A stretch of 64,000 nucleotides of DNA from the NCBI RefSeq assembly GCF_009914755.1, contig NC_060944.1; one strand, 5' to 3'. Within the stretch, counting starts at the first letter, position 1, and each line of letters starts with the position of its first letter. The notes under the pieces are model-generated. The model worked only from the letters and a program-made list of their open reading frames with translations. It had not been told where the DNA came from and searched no databases. Shown piece by piece: positions 61,646-64,000 of this stretch. Position numbers and translations under genes: made by a program. Source of the stretch: the human T2T-CHM13v2.0 reference genome, Homo sapiens.

Positions 61646-62419
61646 AAAGTTGCTACTTCTCAAATATACTCACGGGTTAACTTTTTCATGTGGAAAAGCA
61701 ATGTCGGTTTCATCACAAACATCCTTCTAGTTGGTCAAGTAGATTATTTAACTTGAATTAATATACTTTTTTTCCATGAGGCTAATAAAGACATTTTAAT
61801 TAAAACTAAAAAAAAACTCCAGTTTTATTTTTCTTTTTTGTTTTCTGATTTAGTCTTTGTAGGTAAGAAGTTGTTCATTATTGACAGAGACAAAACATTC
61901 TAATGAGTGATGGAATTTTTACTCTCCATCTAAATATCACGTTAATATCTAACACAAAACATTATTGTCCTGTTTCATATAGAAACTGCAAGTTTATTTT
62001 GTTTGAAACATGGGGAAATAAACTCCCGTTTTGACCTTCTCTTTGTTGTTCTAGCTGTGTGTCATTGACACTGGCGTGACTTGCCATGGGAAGGTGTAAT
62101 GAGGCAAGACTGGGATTGTAACAATTATTAACCTACAAATACGCTATGGCAAAGTCAAGGCAAGCCAGAGTGACACTTCTAAATATCTCAGGAAATAGTA
62201 CTCATGTTTGAATTACTCATTTTATTAGTTCGTTTTGATGAATATGGGAGAAATTAATAACTTTTTAATATAAAGAGTAACCTAATGTCATTAATTGGGC
62301 ATTTCACATGGGCTGATAGATTGCCCCTCCCCACCCCCGCCCCTTTGGTGGTAATTTATTGAGCTGGGAAAGCTTGAGTTCGGTGTAGCATCTGGTTTTC
62401 AGTGATATCCTGCTGGTCT

Positions 62420-62550
62420 TATCCAATTTTCCAGCTGGGAGCATGAGGCACAGGGAGGTCGAATGACTTGCCTAAAGGTCACCTGGTAGCTCAACTGGGA
62501 TTATAACTCAAAATCTTTCTGATTTTCCCATCCTTTGCTCACTGGACCAC
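62420..62550 (-). mobile_element. MIR fragment
   Basis: tgaggcacagggaggtcgaatgacttgcctaaaggtcac. Confidence 0.7.
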
Positions 62551-62859
62551 AAAACTCCCTTGATCCTGTCTTCTCAAGCTTGCCTGAGCAGGAAGCAAAT
62601 GTTTAGGCCTAGAAAAAAGAATCCCAAATTAAGTACTGGCCAAAATCATCTTTAAAAATGTGTGAAATTTCCATTGGTATAACTCTTAAGAAATACCTCA
62701 TTTTCATTCTAACACCTGAGAACATGTGTGACCATGGGAGTGTTGTCCCTTTCCAAGGGGTCACCATGGGAAAGTCCATACCTATCACTGTTTGGATGCT
62801 GCTTTGGCCAAAACATTTTAGGAACTCCAAAATTTGATGCTTGTGGTAGAATACAACCA

Positions 62860-63288
62860 CTTGAATATATAATGGACCTTGCTCATATTATACTCAGAAA
62901 CAGGGCACTTGACTCCACCAAGTGCTATAAACCATCTGGCTCATCCTGTAGTAGAACTCTTAGGCTTGCTCCTCCCTCAGCCTGCAAATTTTCCCCGGGA
63001 TTTCCTCATGGCTGGCAACTTTTCATCATTCAGGTCTTAGCAGAAATAATACCTTCTCAGAGTGAGACTTGCTCTAACCTCCTGATGTAATGGCTTTCTT
63101 TGTCTGATGGCCCCATTTTTTTCTTCATTACATTTATCAGCATTTACAATTATCATTGATTTCATCTTAAAAATTCGGTATGTCCTAACTCTGAGCGTAG
63201 GAGTCTGATCTGTCTTGTTTTCCAGCATATCCTAGACAATGTTTGATATATAAAAGAAGCTCAATAAACACTTTTTGAAAGAATGGAT
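62860..63288 (+). mobile_element. L2 3' end
   Basis: catggctggcaacttttcatcattcaggtcttagc; gctcaataaacactttttgaaagaatg. Confidence 0.8.
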
Positions 63289-64000
63289 AGCCATTCCTGG
63301 TAAAAGAAGGTCTCTCTTCTCCTTATTTTTATTATCATTCAAAGAGTTTCAAAAGGGATGCCCATGGGGTAGTGAGGGCGGATGGAGATGACCCTCAGTC
63401 AGCCAGCCAGATCAGGTGAATTAACCTCGAAGGTCAACAGGATGACTGATGACAGCTGTCCCTGTCAGATCACCCTCTCATCCATAGCTTCGGCCTTGGA
63501 ATTGCCCTCAGGCATGGCTTGTGACTGGTGGAGGAAAATCAGTCTTGTTATACTTATAGTCACACTTCATTTTTTATCTAAATTCACACCGCCCACTTTC
63601 ATCACCCATCTCATTTATACAATTGATACTTAATGATGACTGGTCACTTCCAAAAGCCAAATCCATACTCACAGACTGACGAATATGCAGAATATAGAAG
63701 AAAGTCTCCCAATACCTGAACAGGAATTTCCCAAGTTTTTGTATTAACAGACAGAATATGTTATAATCTCCCAGAGTGATGCCTTTAAATAAATCTCTTC
63801 TAAAATATTTAAGGTTGTCAATGTTTTTAAGAAGGCAGCCAGATTATTTTCCAGACTTGCTTGATATACACTAATTTGTGACTTTTTAGGGGAAATAAAA
63901 CTGTATGGTACATAAATTCCTGCTGCTGGTGATGCTACACAAGCTACTCTGCATTTATAAACTGATAGTCGGGACATCATTTTATAGATCAGGAGAAAGG

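Overview
Primate (very probably human) AT-rich, CpG-depleted, non-coding genomic DNA. There is no credible protein-coding gene: the listed ORFs are Alu-, L1- or low-complexity-derived, or chance. Roughly half the window is interspersed repeats: 8 Alu-family elements, a 2.9 kb L1PB, older L1M pieces, many L2/MIR, about 10 MaLR LTRs, an LTR9-type solo LTR, and MER5/MER1B/Tigger4 DNA transposons, several nested with readable target-site duplications (TSDs). At ~59.9-60.36 kb a unique + strand segment ends in a perfect CAG|GTAAGT donor. From memory (not verified) it resembles the 5' exon of the neural lncRNA RMST (12q23), which would make the window its upstream regulatory region. I found no new coding system. 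The best observations are: (1) a 63-bp locally templated insertion with junction microhomologies and a flanking duplication (51.3 kb, copied from 52.5 kb); (2) two AG|GT recursive-splice/microexon-like sites just downstream of the putative lncRNA exon; (3) a sense-oriented solo LTR with promoter motifs intact; (4) recurrent MEIS/PBX-HOX motif clusters in repeat-free DNA; (5) several perfect palindromes and fold-back duplications. Repeat subfamily names and ancient-repeat boundaries were assigned by eye and are approximate.
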